UHGV virus genome: UHGV-1366919
Direction: 5' to 3' (one strand)
DNA from: a virus
DNA: 64,000 nucleotides
How positions within the stretch are numbered: the first letter of the stretch is position 1; every line of letters begins with the position of its first letter. Position numbers and translations under genes: made by a program. The notes beneath the pieces are model-generated. The model was not told where the DNA came from, did not search any database, and saw nothing but the letters and a program-made list of their open reading frames with translations. Shown here one piece after another: positions 20,259-28,785 of this stretch.

Positions 20259-22067
20259 TTAAATGGTGATTCTTTTTGTAATACCATTATGCTTGTCTAA
20301 TTGAATAATTTCACCGATTCCAGCTTTAAAGAAATCAGGCTTATGAGAAATGAGATAAATCGCCTGGTCTTCTTTCTGGGCAAATTCTTCTAAAATATTA
20401 CAAACAATTTCCGAGTTAGTTTTATCCAAAGAAGAATCAAGAATTTCATCATAAAAAGAAACGTTGTAACTTACGGAACCTTGCAATTTAAGAATATCTC
20501 TAAATGCCCATATACAAGCTAAGTCTAGCATTTTAGATTCAGCACCGGAAAGATTTCCATAACTTACCATAATTCCTCTTTTATTGAGAATTTCTTCTTC
20601 AAATACTTCATTAAATGATAATGAATATTGAGAATTCTGCTTAGTGAGATAATACTTGATTCTAAAATTCAGTAAATCAAGAAGCTTTTTAATAATATAA
20701 GCCCTGATACCTTCTTCAGAAAGAATAAATCTTGCAATTTCAAATTTAGCTAAAGAAGCATTAATGTCTTTAATAACTTCTTCTTTTTTGGCTTTTTCTT
20801 TTTCGGCTTTTTCAATTAAATCTTTGAATATATCTTTTTCTTCAGATTCCTTCTCATGAACCTGGTATTGTTTTAAAAGATCTTCTTTTAATTTTAAAGT
20901 ATCAGTCTCAGCTTTAATGGCTGACTTATTATTGCTAATTTCCCATTCTAAATCCCTTAACTGGTTTAACTCTTTTTGCTTCTTTTGCTGAATATCCTGA
21001 GCTAGGGCAATAAGTTTGTTTAATTTTTCTTTTTCTTCTTCTTTCTTTAGAAGTTTATCTTGAAGTTCTTTAATAGAATGTTTAATTTCAATTTGATCTT
21101 TATCAGTAAATGGGCGGTTACATTCGGCACAAACTGGACCAAACTTTAATAAGGTATCAATTTTTTCAGATATAGTCTTTTTTTCATTCTTAATAGCTCC
21201 TAAATCAGCAGCTATTCTTATTTGGGCTTCCCGAGTCTTTCCTATATCATTTTTAATAGCATTTAAAATACTCTCGGAAACCTTTATTTTAGAAAGTCTA
21301 GCTTCCTCTTCCTTTAATTTAGAAATCTTTAAGGAAATTTTATGAATATCTTTTTCAATAATTTGTTTCTCAAGTTCTTTCTTTTGTTTTTGATTGGCAA
21401 TTCTCTCCAACTCTTTCCTTTGTTTAGAAGTATAATCAAAAATATTAGAATTAATTTGTTCTACAAGTTTAGATTCTATGTCAAGTTCTCTTTTAGAGAT
21501 ATTAATATCATCCTTAACAAGCTTAAACATTTGAGTTACTACATCAAGATTAAAAAGACTTTCAATAAACTTCTTTTTATCAGTCTTGCCCTGGCTCATA
21601 AATGGAATTGTATTATTTGCCTGCATGGCAATACAATTCTTAAAAACCTCTTGAGATGTAGAAAGAACCTCTAAAATATAAGTTGTCGTATTAGGAATAC
21701 TATCTCTTGTTTTATCCCTCCCGTCCTTGAATACCTTTAAAGAAGACGGATTTAATTCTCGAATAATCTTAAAATTATTATTTCCCTTGGTCGAATTACA
21801 GTTAAATTCAAGAATAACTTGAGTTGTTCCTTTAACCAAATTATTAGGAATATTCCTAATTGCTAAATCTTTTAGAGTTTTTCCAAAAATAGCAAAAGAA
21901 AATGCCGCAACGATAGAACTTTTGCCAACACCATTTTTAGTGCCCGGTACATCAGAATTTGTACCAGTGATGAAATTAACACCTGGTTTAAATTCAATTA
22001 CAACAGACTCTTCACCAATCGATAAAAAGTTTTTAATTTGAATTTTTTTAAATGTTATAAACTTCAT
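20259..22067 (-). CDS. gp46: SbcC/Rad50-like recombination ATPase (T4 gp46-like)
   Basis: N-terminal Walker A GTKNGVGKSS, a long coiled coil, a CxxC zinc hook CAECNRPF, and C-terminal signature/Walker B motifs. Confidence 0.75.
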   Translation of the reverse strand: MKFITFKKIQIKNFLSIGEESVVIEFKPGVNFITGTNSDVPGTKNGVGKSSIVAAFSFAIFGKTLKDLAIRNIPNNLVKGTTQVILEFNCNSTKGNNNFKIIRELNPSSLKVFKDGRDKTRDSIPNTTTYILEVLSTSQEVFKNCIAMQANNTIPFMSQGKTDKKKFIESLFNLDVVTQMFKLVKDDINISKRELDIESKLVEQINSNIFDYTSKQRKELERIANQKQKKELEKQIIEKDIHKISLKISKLKEEEARLSKIKVSESILNAIKNDIGKTREAQIRIAADLGAIKNEKKTISEKIDTLLKFGPVCAECNRPFTDKDQIEIKHSIKELQDKLLKKEEEKEKLNKLIALAQDIQQKKQKELNQLRDLEWEISNNKSAIKAETDTLKLKEDLLKQYQVHEKESEEKDIFKDLIEKAEKEKAKKEEVIKDINASLAKFEIARFILSEEGIRAYIIKKLLDLLNFRIKYYLTKQNSQYSLSFNEVFEEEILNKRGIMVSYGNLSGAESKMLDLACIWAFRDILKLQGSVSYNVSFYDEILDSSLDKTNSEIVCNILEEFAQKEDQAIYLISHKPDFFKAGIGEIIQLDKHNGITKRITI

Positions 22068-22272
22068 TATCAGCCAACTTTTCTAAAATCTTTTTCTTAT
22101 TTTTAACCTTTTGCTTATGCTTCTTTACAAATGAAAAACATTTTGAATAAAACTTACATTCATTCTTTGAACAATTACAATGAGGCCACCAATCATTTCT
22201 GCAAAATGGTAATTCTTTCCAAGAATTTTTATGAGCACCTCCATGTACTCCATCTCTTTTATCCCGGGACAT
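22048..22272 (-). CDS. Small Cys/His-rich protein between gp47 and gp46. The start is uncertain; the track ORF extends to 22335.
   Basis: HGGAHKNSWKELPFCRNDWWPHCNCSKNECKFYSKC. Overlaps both flanking genes. Confidence 0.3.
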   Translation of the reverse strand: MSRDKRDGVHGGAHKNSWKELPFCRNDWWPHCNCSKNECKFYSKCFSFVKKHKQKVKNKKKILEKLADNEVYNI

Positions 22273-23296
22273 TAGAAATCTCTCTATATTTCTTTTGCAA
22301 ATATTGCAATACTTCTTTTGGATTAGGAACATCAAGCAAACCGATATATTCTTTAATTGCTTCCATTAATTCTAAAGCAACAAAATCAGTTTTTGTATCA
22401 ATAGCAGAAGAAAATCCTTTATTATCCCAGTCAATATCGCATTCCAGAGGCTGACAAGATGACAATAATTTAATAAGTTCATCCATGTCATCTACAGTAA
22501 TATTCTTATCAATCGCCAGTCGAAGATAATTATTAACAATTTCTTTACCAATCTTAGAAGGTTCTTTTCTAATTAGGGAAGAAAGAGTCATCTTAATAAA
22601 TTTAGGAGAAATCTCATTATAATGATAAGAATATTTTCCTGTATCTACATCAAGAATAATAAAACCTTTCTTATCTCCCGCCTCTCCATAGTTCATCTGA
22701 AAAGGATTACCTACATAAACAATAGATCCAGATGAATATTTTCTAAACTGGGCTTTATGAAAATGCCCAGAAAAAATACTATTAAATTTCTTCAATAGAT
22801 CAGATAATTTAAAACCTTCTTCACAAAGATGCTCAGATGAATTCATTTGAAACGTATTAATCTCAAAATGACCGAACAAATAATCAGAAGATTCAATTTC
22901 TGGATTTAACGGATTAAATCCCCATGGACAAAGAGTAATACTTTTATCCCCGATATTCAATCTGGCAGGCTTATCATAATATTTGATATTATTATATCCT
23001 TGAAAAATAGAAGTAGAAGATACTTCAGTGCTTCCGGAAAAATACAAATCGTGATTACCTGGAAATATATGAATAGAAAAATCCTCCAATAACCGGAGGA
23101 TTTTTGCTGTTGAATTCAAAGTATAAACATCTACCGAATTTCTGTTATGAAACCAGTCTCCAAGAAAAAATACATCTTTAATATTTTTCTCTTTGAGAGT
23201 TTTAACCATATCTTGGATAAATTCAACTGCAACACTATGCCAATGTTGATTATCTCCTTTAATTCCAAGATGTAAATCAGAAAAAATTGCTATCAT
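22259..23296 (-). CDS. gp47: Mre11/SbcD-like nuclease (T4 gp47-like metallophosphoesterase)
   Basis: Phosphoesterase motifs IAIFSDLHLG, GDWFHNRN, GNHD and GHFH. Confidence 0.75.
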   Translation of the reverse strand: MIAIFSDLHLGIKGDNQHWHSVAVEFIQDMVKTLKEKNIKDVFFLGDWFHNRNSVDVYTLNSTAKILRLLEDFSIHIFPGNHDLYFSGSTEVSSTSIFQGYNNIKYYDKPARLNIGDKSITLCPWGFNPLNPEIESSDYLFGHFEINTFQMNSSEHLCEEGFKLSDLLKKFNSIFSGHFHKAQFRKYSSGSIVYVGNPFQMNYGEAGDKKGFIILDVDTGKYSYHYNEISPKFIKMTLSSLIRKEPSKIGKEIVNNYLRLAIDKNITVDDMDELIKLLSSCQPLECDIDWDNKGFSSAIDTKTDFVALELMEAIKEYIGLLDVPNPKEVLQYLQKKYREISNVPG

Positions 23297-23361
23297 TACT
23301 TGCCTAAAACCATTCTTTTATCTGAACTTTATCCTTTGCCGCTAAGATTCTTGAATTTCAA

Positions 23362-24543
23362 TCATTCCGCAATAAAAACCTTATTTCCTACATCCCATAT
23401 CCGGTCCCAACCGTTTGCACTCATATTTTCATATTCAGATAATTTAAGATCAAAATAATTCAAAAGACGCGGTAATTTATGTTTTTGAAATTGAACTCGG
23501 CTTTTTCGTTGAAGAGAATTATCTTTAAAATAAAAGTAATTCGGGTCAGCATCATGAATCTCCTTAAATCCAATTTGTCGATAAAGCTGACCTTGGGACC
23601 ATCGACGATCGGCATATGTAATTACACTGCCTGCATTATTTCTACGAAAATATTCAAACAACTTGGAAGCTCCTCCAATTACTGTAAAATTAGCAACTGT
23701 ACAATAGCGAATCAGTTCATAATCATATTTCTTGTTAAACCTGGATTTATTAAAAGTCATTACAGCCACCATGCGATTCTTATAAAATAATCCCAGATTA
23801 ATGGAAGAAGCGTAAGTTCCTTGAATATGATATTTTAAAATAAATGGCTTAACTTGCTGATAAGTCAATTCGCGAACTTTACATTTACGAGCATAGATCT
23901 TTCCGGAAGTAATTCCAAGAAGATGACGAATACGGGCCTTAACAATCTGCGGCTTCAATTCCCATTCATCTTCGAATACATGAATTAACCGTACTCCTTT
24001 TTCTTCACACTTATTTGTTTCAGTCAAATGGTACCGTTTAGTAAATCCATTTCGTTCACAATGTCCTGAAAGGGAATCAAACTCAAAAGCAATCTTCTTA
24101 TCTGGAATATGAATAGCAATAGTATAAGGAGCTGCTAACTCTTTATCATTCTCAATAATCCGGCCATTATAAACACTTTTAATATAATTTATAAAATTAT
24201 TATAAGACTCAGGGTTAGATACCGGCTCAACAATAGGAGCTGGTTCTTTTTTAGAAGACGTGGAAACTTTTTTAATTTTTTCCTTCTTTTGCTTTGGTTC
24301 TTTTGGAGCTTTGGACACTTTAGGCTCTGTATTTTTCCTTAATGCTTCAATAGCACATTGCCTGCATCCATACTTGGAACGTATAAAATGCTGGGTTAAA
24401 CAAAAGAAAGATCCATGATCCTTGCAAATAATTTCAACCGGTTTCCTGTTACTTTGATAATCAACTTTAGAGTAATCAAATTGATCTCCAAATTTTTCAA
24501 GGCAGAATTTAATAAAAGCTTCCTTACGTTGTTCTTTTTTCAT
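23362..24543 (-). CDS. Putative homing-endonuclease-like protein: Zn-ribbon repeat + Vsr/DUF559-type PD-(D/E)XK domain + extra C-terminal domain
   Basis: N-terminal FGDQFDYSKVDYQ...IICKDHGSF...GCRQC repeat unit. Central IAFEFDSLSGH nuclease-like motif. C-terminal ~200 aa with a GNAT-like V-x-G-G-A-S-K-L motif. Paralogous to 24565..25875 and 48934..49863. Confidence 0.5.
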   Translation of the reverse strand: MKKEQRKEAFIKFCLEKFGDQFDYSKVDYQSNRKPVEIICKDHGSFFCLTQHFIRSKYGCRQCAIEALRKNTEPKVSKAPKEPKQKKEKIKKVSTSSKKEPAPIVEPVSNPESYNNFINYIKSVYNGRIIENDKELAAPYTIAIHIPDKKIAFEFDSLSGHCERNGFTKRYHLTETNKCEEKGVRLIHVFEDEWELKPQIVKARIRHLLGITSGKIYARKCKVRELTYQQVKPFILKYHIQGTYASSINLGLFYKNRMVAVMTFNKSRFNKKYDYELIRYCTVANFTVIGGASKLFEYFRRNNAGSVITYADRRWSQGQLYRQIGFKEIHDADPNYFYFKDNSLQRKSRVQFQKHKLPRLLNYFDLKLSEYENMSANGWDRIWDVGNKVFIAE

Positions 24544-24564
24544 AGAATGAATATAACTAATTTC

Positions 24565-25875
24565 TCAATTTTTAAAGGTGCGCAGATTACACACTTTATT
24601 TTTAGTATGTATCTTGGTAAACAACAAATTTTCTATAGATTTTCTATTATTTTTCCAGTCTCTTTCTTCGACATTTATTAGTAGAATATTTGCTTCTTTA
24701 CAACGCCTTTCCTTTTCGGCATGACAGCCAGGCTGTCTTTCTTCTTTAAGTTTATGCCAGTGAGATCCATTATATTCAATGCCAATTCTTAATTCGGGAA
24801 GAAATATGTCAAGCTCCATTCTTCCTATTTGAGTCTTATCATTTTCAAGAACTTCTCCCGAATAAATTGACTTAATATATGCACAAACTTCTTTTTCTCC
24901 TCTAGATGTCTGTTTAGATAAGGCACATATTGGACAACCTTGTTGAAGATACCAATGACTAGACGGTATTTGTTGAAATACTCCGTGTACAGGACATATG
25001 ATATTAACCTTAGAATGTGCGTTTACATAATTTACTAAAGAATAATCATATTTTTCTCCATGAACTTTTCTAGACCTCTTAATAAATTCATCAATTGTTA
25101 ACTTTTCAAAACCAAAACATTTAGGACACCCTGAGCCATTTAAATGACTATTTGGTTTTTGCCAAAAAATACCATGTTTAGGACAAATAATTGATATTTT
25201 TTTCTGAGAATGCTCATAACTTACTTGAGAATAATCATAAAGAGTACCATGAACTTTTCTTGCTTTCTGAATAAAATCTTCAGTCGTTACTAACTCTTTA
25301 TTTCCACATTTTGGACAACCACACCCATTAAGATGGGAATTAGGTGTTTGCTGAAATATATGTCCACACTTTTTACATTTAATTTTTACCTTAACTTTAT
25401 TACCCTGGTAATCCACTTCAGAATAATCAAATTTATCACCGTGTACTTTACTAGCTTTTTCAATAAATTCTTTAGTTGTAGATTTATTGTTATTAGAGCA
25501 AAAAGGACATCCAAAACCTTTCATGTGGCTTTGTGCCTGCTGTTCAAATATATGCCCGCATTTTTTACATTTAATTTTTACTTTAAGCTTATTGCCTTGA
25601 TAATCTACTTCAGAATAATCAAATTTATCGCCATGAACTTTTTGGGACTTTTCAATAAATTCTTTAGTTGTTAGCTTCTTAACACCAGCACATTCTAAAC
25701 ATCCGCATCCCTGGACATGGCTATAAGCTTTTTGCTGAAAAGAACCGTGAATAGGACATATTATTGTTATGACATTATGAGCTCCTGTATAAAAAGTCTC
25801 AGAATAATCATATTTGTTTCCATGAACCTCTGTACATTCTTTAATAAATTGCTCATTTGATTTTAATTTTGCCAT
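24565..25875 (-). CDS. Putative homing-endonuclease-like protein: six tandem Cys/His zinc-ribbon repeats + Vsr/DUF559-type PD-(D/E)XK nuclease domain
   Basis: Six copies of about 45 aa, VHG(D/N)KYDYS.V.Y......KV.I.C..HG.F.Q....H..G.GCP.C. C-terminal ELDIFLPELRIGIEYNGSHWH (D..E.DG..H motif of the Vsr/DUF559 endonuclease fold). Confidence 0.55.
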   Translation of the reverse strand: MAKLKSNEQFIKECTEVHGNKYDYSETFYTGAHNVITIICPIHGSFQQKAYSHVQGCGCLECAGVKKLTTKEFIEKSQKVHGDKFDYSEVDYQGNKLKVKIKCKKCGHIFEQQAQSHMKGFGCPFCSNNNKSTTKEFIEKASKVHGDKFDYSEVDYQGNKVKVKIKCKKCGHIFQQTPNSHLNGCGCPKCGNKELVTTEDFIQKARKVHGTLYDYSQVSYEHSQKKISIICPKHGIFWQKPNSHLNGSGCPKCFGFEKLTIDEFIKRSRKVHGEKYDYSLVNYVNAHSKVNIICPVHGVFQQIPSSHWYLQQGCPICALSKQTSRGEKEVCAYIKSIYSGEVLENDKTQIGRMELDIFLPELRIGIEYNGSHWHKLKEERQPGCHAEKERRCKEANILLINVEERDWKNNRKSIENLLFTKIHTKNKVCNLRTFKN

Positions 25876-25916
25876 TTATTTTCATTTCGGAAACTCCTGA
25901 AAAAATTAAGGTGAAA

Positions 25917-26477
25917 TTAATCTTCTGAATCTTCTTCCGGTCTTACATAAATTGGAGCGTCTGCGCATTGAATAAGTTCCGGATATTTTACTTCCCTATA
26001 TTTTTTAACTTTTTCAGCGTGCTTCTTTTCATTTTTTATGATTGCACAGAAGGACCAGTAACAGATTTGCGTCCAAAAACTGAAAGCCTTAGACCCATAA
26101 TTCACACTCCATTTCTTCCCACGCAGTGCGGTCATACATTTAATGAGAGCACTTGAAATCATTTCATCTTTATAAGAATAACGGCTAAAGCTCGAAGACC
26201 TTGCTAAACCTTGCGCAATCTTAAGGAAACATTCCGCGATGTAATTCATATTCGGTTTATCGCTGTCCTCAACTTCATAAAACCTTTTAATTGCCGCGTC
26301 AAATTTAGCCGAATCTACATAATAGTCCTCTTTTTTAGTCTTTCCTCGATTCTGAACAGTAATAAACGCCCTTTTCTTATTCGGATCATTCAGCATTTCA
26401 CGCTTTTTATCCAAATCTTCAGGCGGACGTGTTTTAGTAGAAGGCTGTACAAATTGTTCTTTATTAGCTTCAGTCAT
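25917..26477 (-). CDS. gp55: Late-transcription sigma factor (T4 gp55 family)
   Basis: IAQGLARSSSFSRYSYKDEMISSALIKC aligns with T4 gp55 [30 protein letters not shown]. 186 aa versus 185 aa for T4 gp55. Confidence 0.75.
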   Translation of the reverse strand: MTEANKEQFVQPSTKTRPPEDLDKKREMLNDPNKKRAFITVQNRGKTKKEDYYVDSAKFDAAIKRFYEVEDSDKPNMNYIAECFLKIAQGLARSSSFSRYSYKDEMISSALIKCMTALRGKKWSVNYGSKAFSFWTQICYWSFCAIIKNEKKHAEKVKKYREVKYPELIQCADAPIYVRPEEDSED

Positions 26478-26500
26478 GTTAATTCAATTATAATACAACT

Positions 26501-28003
26501 TTAGGCCTTTAGGCCAATTATTTTAAAAGGAATCTTTTCTTGCTCATATAATTTGATACGTTCATCTCTATGCCTTAACGCATATTTTGTATTGGGAATT
26601 ATATCGATAACCCGGGCAAGAGTTTTATTTTCCTTTAAACGCAGTATTCGTCCGATGGATTGAATTATTCTTACATTGCTTTTTCCAATCAAACCAGGAA
26701 ATACAATATTATGCAAATTTTTGATATTGATACCTGTTGAGAATATTGAAGCTTGAGCAATTAACAAAATATTGTTTTCTTTTTCCAATTGCTCCTTAAT
26801 ATCGGTTCGTTCTTCAATCGGCACCTCTCCTTGAATAAAGTAAACTTTTCTATTCGGATCGGCTTCTTTAAATTTTTGCAGAAGATTTTCCCCATGAATA
26901 ATCCTATTGACCAAAATTAAAGTATTATTGCTTAATTTTGAAACAATAGAAGTAATAGTTGAGTTAAACTGGTCATTATTGCTCAACCATTCGGTTTCTT
27001 CCATGAATCCAAAAGGCCTTTTAACACCTTCATCATCCAGGACATAAGTCGGAATATCATTTAATTGAATATTAATTCCAAAAGTTGAAACCTGCGTCAG
27101 GAATTTATCTTTTCTTAATTCTGCAGAAGGCAGTTCAAATCTTACAGGTCCAATTTTGCCTAAGATTGACCATTTGTCATGTTTATCATGTGGTAATGTA
27201 CCTGTGAAGCCATATCTTAACTTAGCCGGAAGATCTGCGATAATCTTAGAAATTTTATTATTGGCCTTAATTGAATGAACTTCATCGATGATAATACAGT
27301 CAAATTTTTGTATCTCTTTTTTAAGGTCATCATACTGGGCTCTGAGAATACTTGCTCCGCAAATAACGACTTGTGATTTCTTATCGAAAGGAATATTTGA
27401 AAACCATTTGGAAATAGAATATTTGAAATTCTTTAAATGCGAAGAAATATCATTAAAAGTCTGATTGGCCAAATCAGGAAAAGGACAAACCAATAAAACT
27501 TTTCTGGCTAATTTATTCTTAAGAATATTCCGGATTAATAATGCGCAGCATACTGTCTTGCCCGCTCCTGTTCCTAAAATATAAATACCGTTTTGCTTAT
27601 TAAGGGCAATTTGCATCGATTCTTTTTGATAAGGCCTGACTTCTGATCCTTTATCATCAATATAAATGTTCTTCGTATCAAGAACTAAATCATTGCTCTG
27701 AATATATTTTTTAATGCCGTCATCTAATTTAAATTTAACAGAACGATCATAAAATGTATTCTTAACAAATGCAAGTATGTCTCGTAATAATCCGATTTCA
27801 AATTCACCGGACATTTTAATGCAAGATTTCTTAATATATTCTTTACTCGGTTGAATTTTGATGCCTTTTTGACGACATCTCTTGACATACATATGATTTC
27901 GTTCAACTGTAGAAAAATGATCTCTCAATTGTTCATAAGCATCAAAGTACTCAAATATAATCCTACCAAGATTATTTGATGTTCTGTTGATTTCGATAAT
28001 CAT
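26501..28003 (-). CDS. uvsW: SF2 DEAD/DEAH-box helicase (T4 UvsW-like)
   Basis: Walker A LGTGAGKT and DEVH box IIDEVHS. 500 aa, comparable to T4 UvsW. Confidence 0.65.
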   Translation of the reverse strand: MIIEINRTSNNLGRIIFEYFDAYEQLRDHFSTVERNHMYVKRCRQKGIKIQPSKEYIKKSCIKMSGEFEIGLLRDILAFVKNTFYDRSVKFKLDDGIKKYIQSNDLVLDTKNIYIDDKGSEVRPYQKESMQIALNKQNGIYILGTGAGKTVCCALLIRNILKNKLARKVLLVCPFPDLANQTFNDISSHLKNFKYSISKWFSNIPFDKKSQVVICGASILRAQYDDLKKEIQKFDCIIIDEVHSIKANNKISKIIADLPAKLRYGFTGTLPHDKHDKWSILGKIGPVRFELPSAELRKDKFLTQVSTFGINIQLNDIPTYVLDDEGVKRPFGFMEETEWLSNNDQFNSTITSIVSKLSNNTLILVNRIIHGENLLQKFKEADPNRKVYFIQGEVPIEERTDIKEQLEKENNILLIAQASIFSTGINIKNLHNIVFPGLIGKSNVRIIQSIGRILRLKENKTLARVIDIIPNTKYALRHRDERIKLYEQEKIPFKIIGLKA

Positions 28004-28140
28004 TATAATTCAATTATAACGTAAAATATTCAAAATTGATCAAAAATTATTCAAATAATTTAATATTAATAACTTAAATTACACAATATTTATTTGATTT
28101 TAATATAATTTATTTAAATTTAATTAATTATATCAAATAT

Positions 28141-28182
28141 AATTGGTATACTGGTCTCGCGCGCGGGAGGAGAATACCAATT
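28141..28182. repeat. Hairpin with an AT stem AATTGGTAT/ATACCAATT enclosing a GC-only loop containing CGCGCGCG
   Basis: Read directly from the sequence. It lies in an ORF-free, extremely AT-rich region. Confidence 0.6.
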
Positions 28183-28301
28183 ATATTTTAATTATATTCA
28201 ATTATATTTTAATTATAATAAAATTATTTTGAAATTTATTTTCAAAATTTTAATTTTATTTTCAAATTTATTTTGAAATTTGAAACATACGAACTTATTA
28301 A

Positions 28302-28321
28302 GGGGTACGCGCGCGTACCCC
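28302..28321. repeat. Perfect 20-bp palindrome GGGGTACGCGCGCGTACCCC
   Basis: Self-complementary. Central alternating (CG)4. A second GC hairpin, GCGTGC-AGC-GCACGC, follows at 28350..28364. Confidence 0.7.
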
Positions 28322-28384
28322 ACATAGCCCATTAGGGCAATATTCATAAGCGTGCAGCGCACGCTTTCTACTTTATATTTAATT

Positions 28385-28470
28385 AATTAAATATAAATAA
28401 ATATTTATTTATATTTAAATTATAATATAAAATATTAAAAATAATTTAAAATAATTTAAAATAATTTAAA
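28385..28470. repeat. AT-only palindrome ATAAATAAATATTTATTTAT, containing TATAAATA on both strands, followed by three tandem 10-bp iterons AAAATAATTT
   Basis: Direct reading. Iterons at ~28438..28470. Confidence 0.6.
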
Positions 28471-28489
28471 ATATTAAAAATTTTTTCTA

Positions 28490-28521
28490 TGCGCGCCCGC
28501 GCCCGCACACACGCGCACACG
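28490..28521. repeat. GC-only alternating purine-pyrimidine tract GCGCGCCCGCGCCCGCACACACGCGCACACG, potentially Z-DNA-forming
   Basis: Direct reading. A 32-nt stretch with no A/T run, in a ~30% GC genome. Confidence 0.6.
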
Positions 28522-28636
28522 AAATCACCGAGCGCTGTTTTGGAGGTTTAACCAAATAGATAATTGTCTAATCCGAATAAGATTTGAATAAGTACATTTA
28601 TTATCAGGATCTCTTCGGTACTCTATGGATAATAAA

Positions 28637-28670
28637 AAACCAATCTGACTTATAGAAATCAGATTGGTTT
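28637..28670 (-). terminator. Putative terminator for the minus-strand gene 28786..29184
   Basis: 12-bp perfect inverted repeat AAACCAATCTGA / TCAGATTGGTTT with a 10-nt loop. An A-run lies on the plus-strand left side, which is a U-run in the minus-strand RNA. Confidence 0.45.
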
Positions 28671-28785
28671 CGACAATTTATTTTTAAAATCTCCTGGAGA
28701 ATTATTTTAAATTCTTTTACCCTCCAGGTAGTAAAGTACAAGCCTAAAAGTTTTTAAAATTTTCTAGATATTTTTTAGAATTAAA

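Noticed and set aside
28141-28521. GC-rich islands as tRNA genes
   Set aside because: GC islands in AT-rich phage DNA are often tRNAs. Here, however, each island is a local hairpin or palindrome: complementary arms are adjacent, not ~70 nt apart. No GTTCGAAT-type T-loop or cloverleaf could be drawn on either strand.
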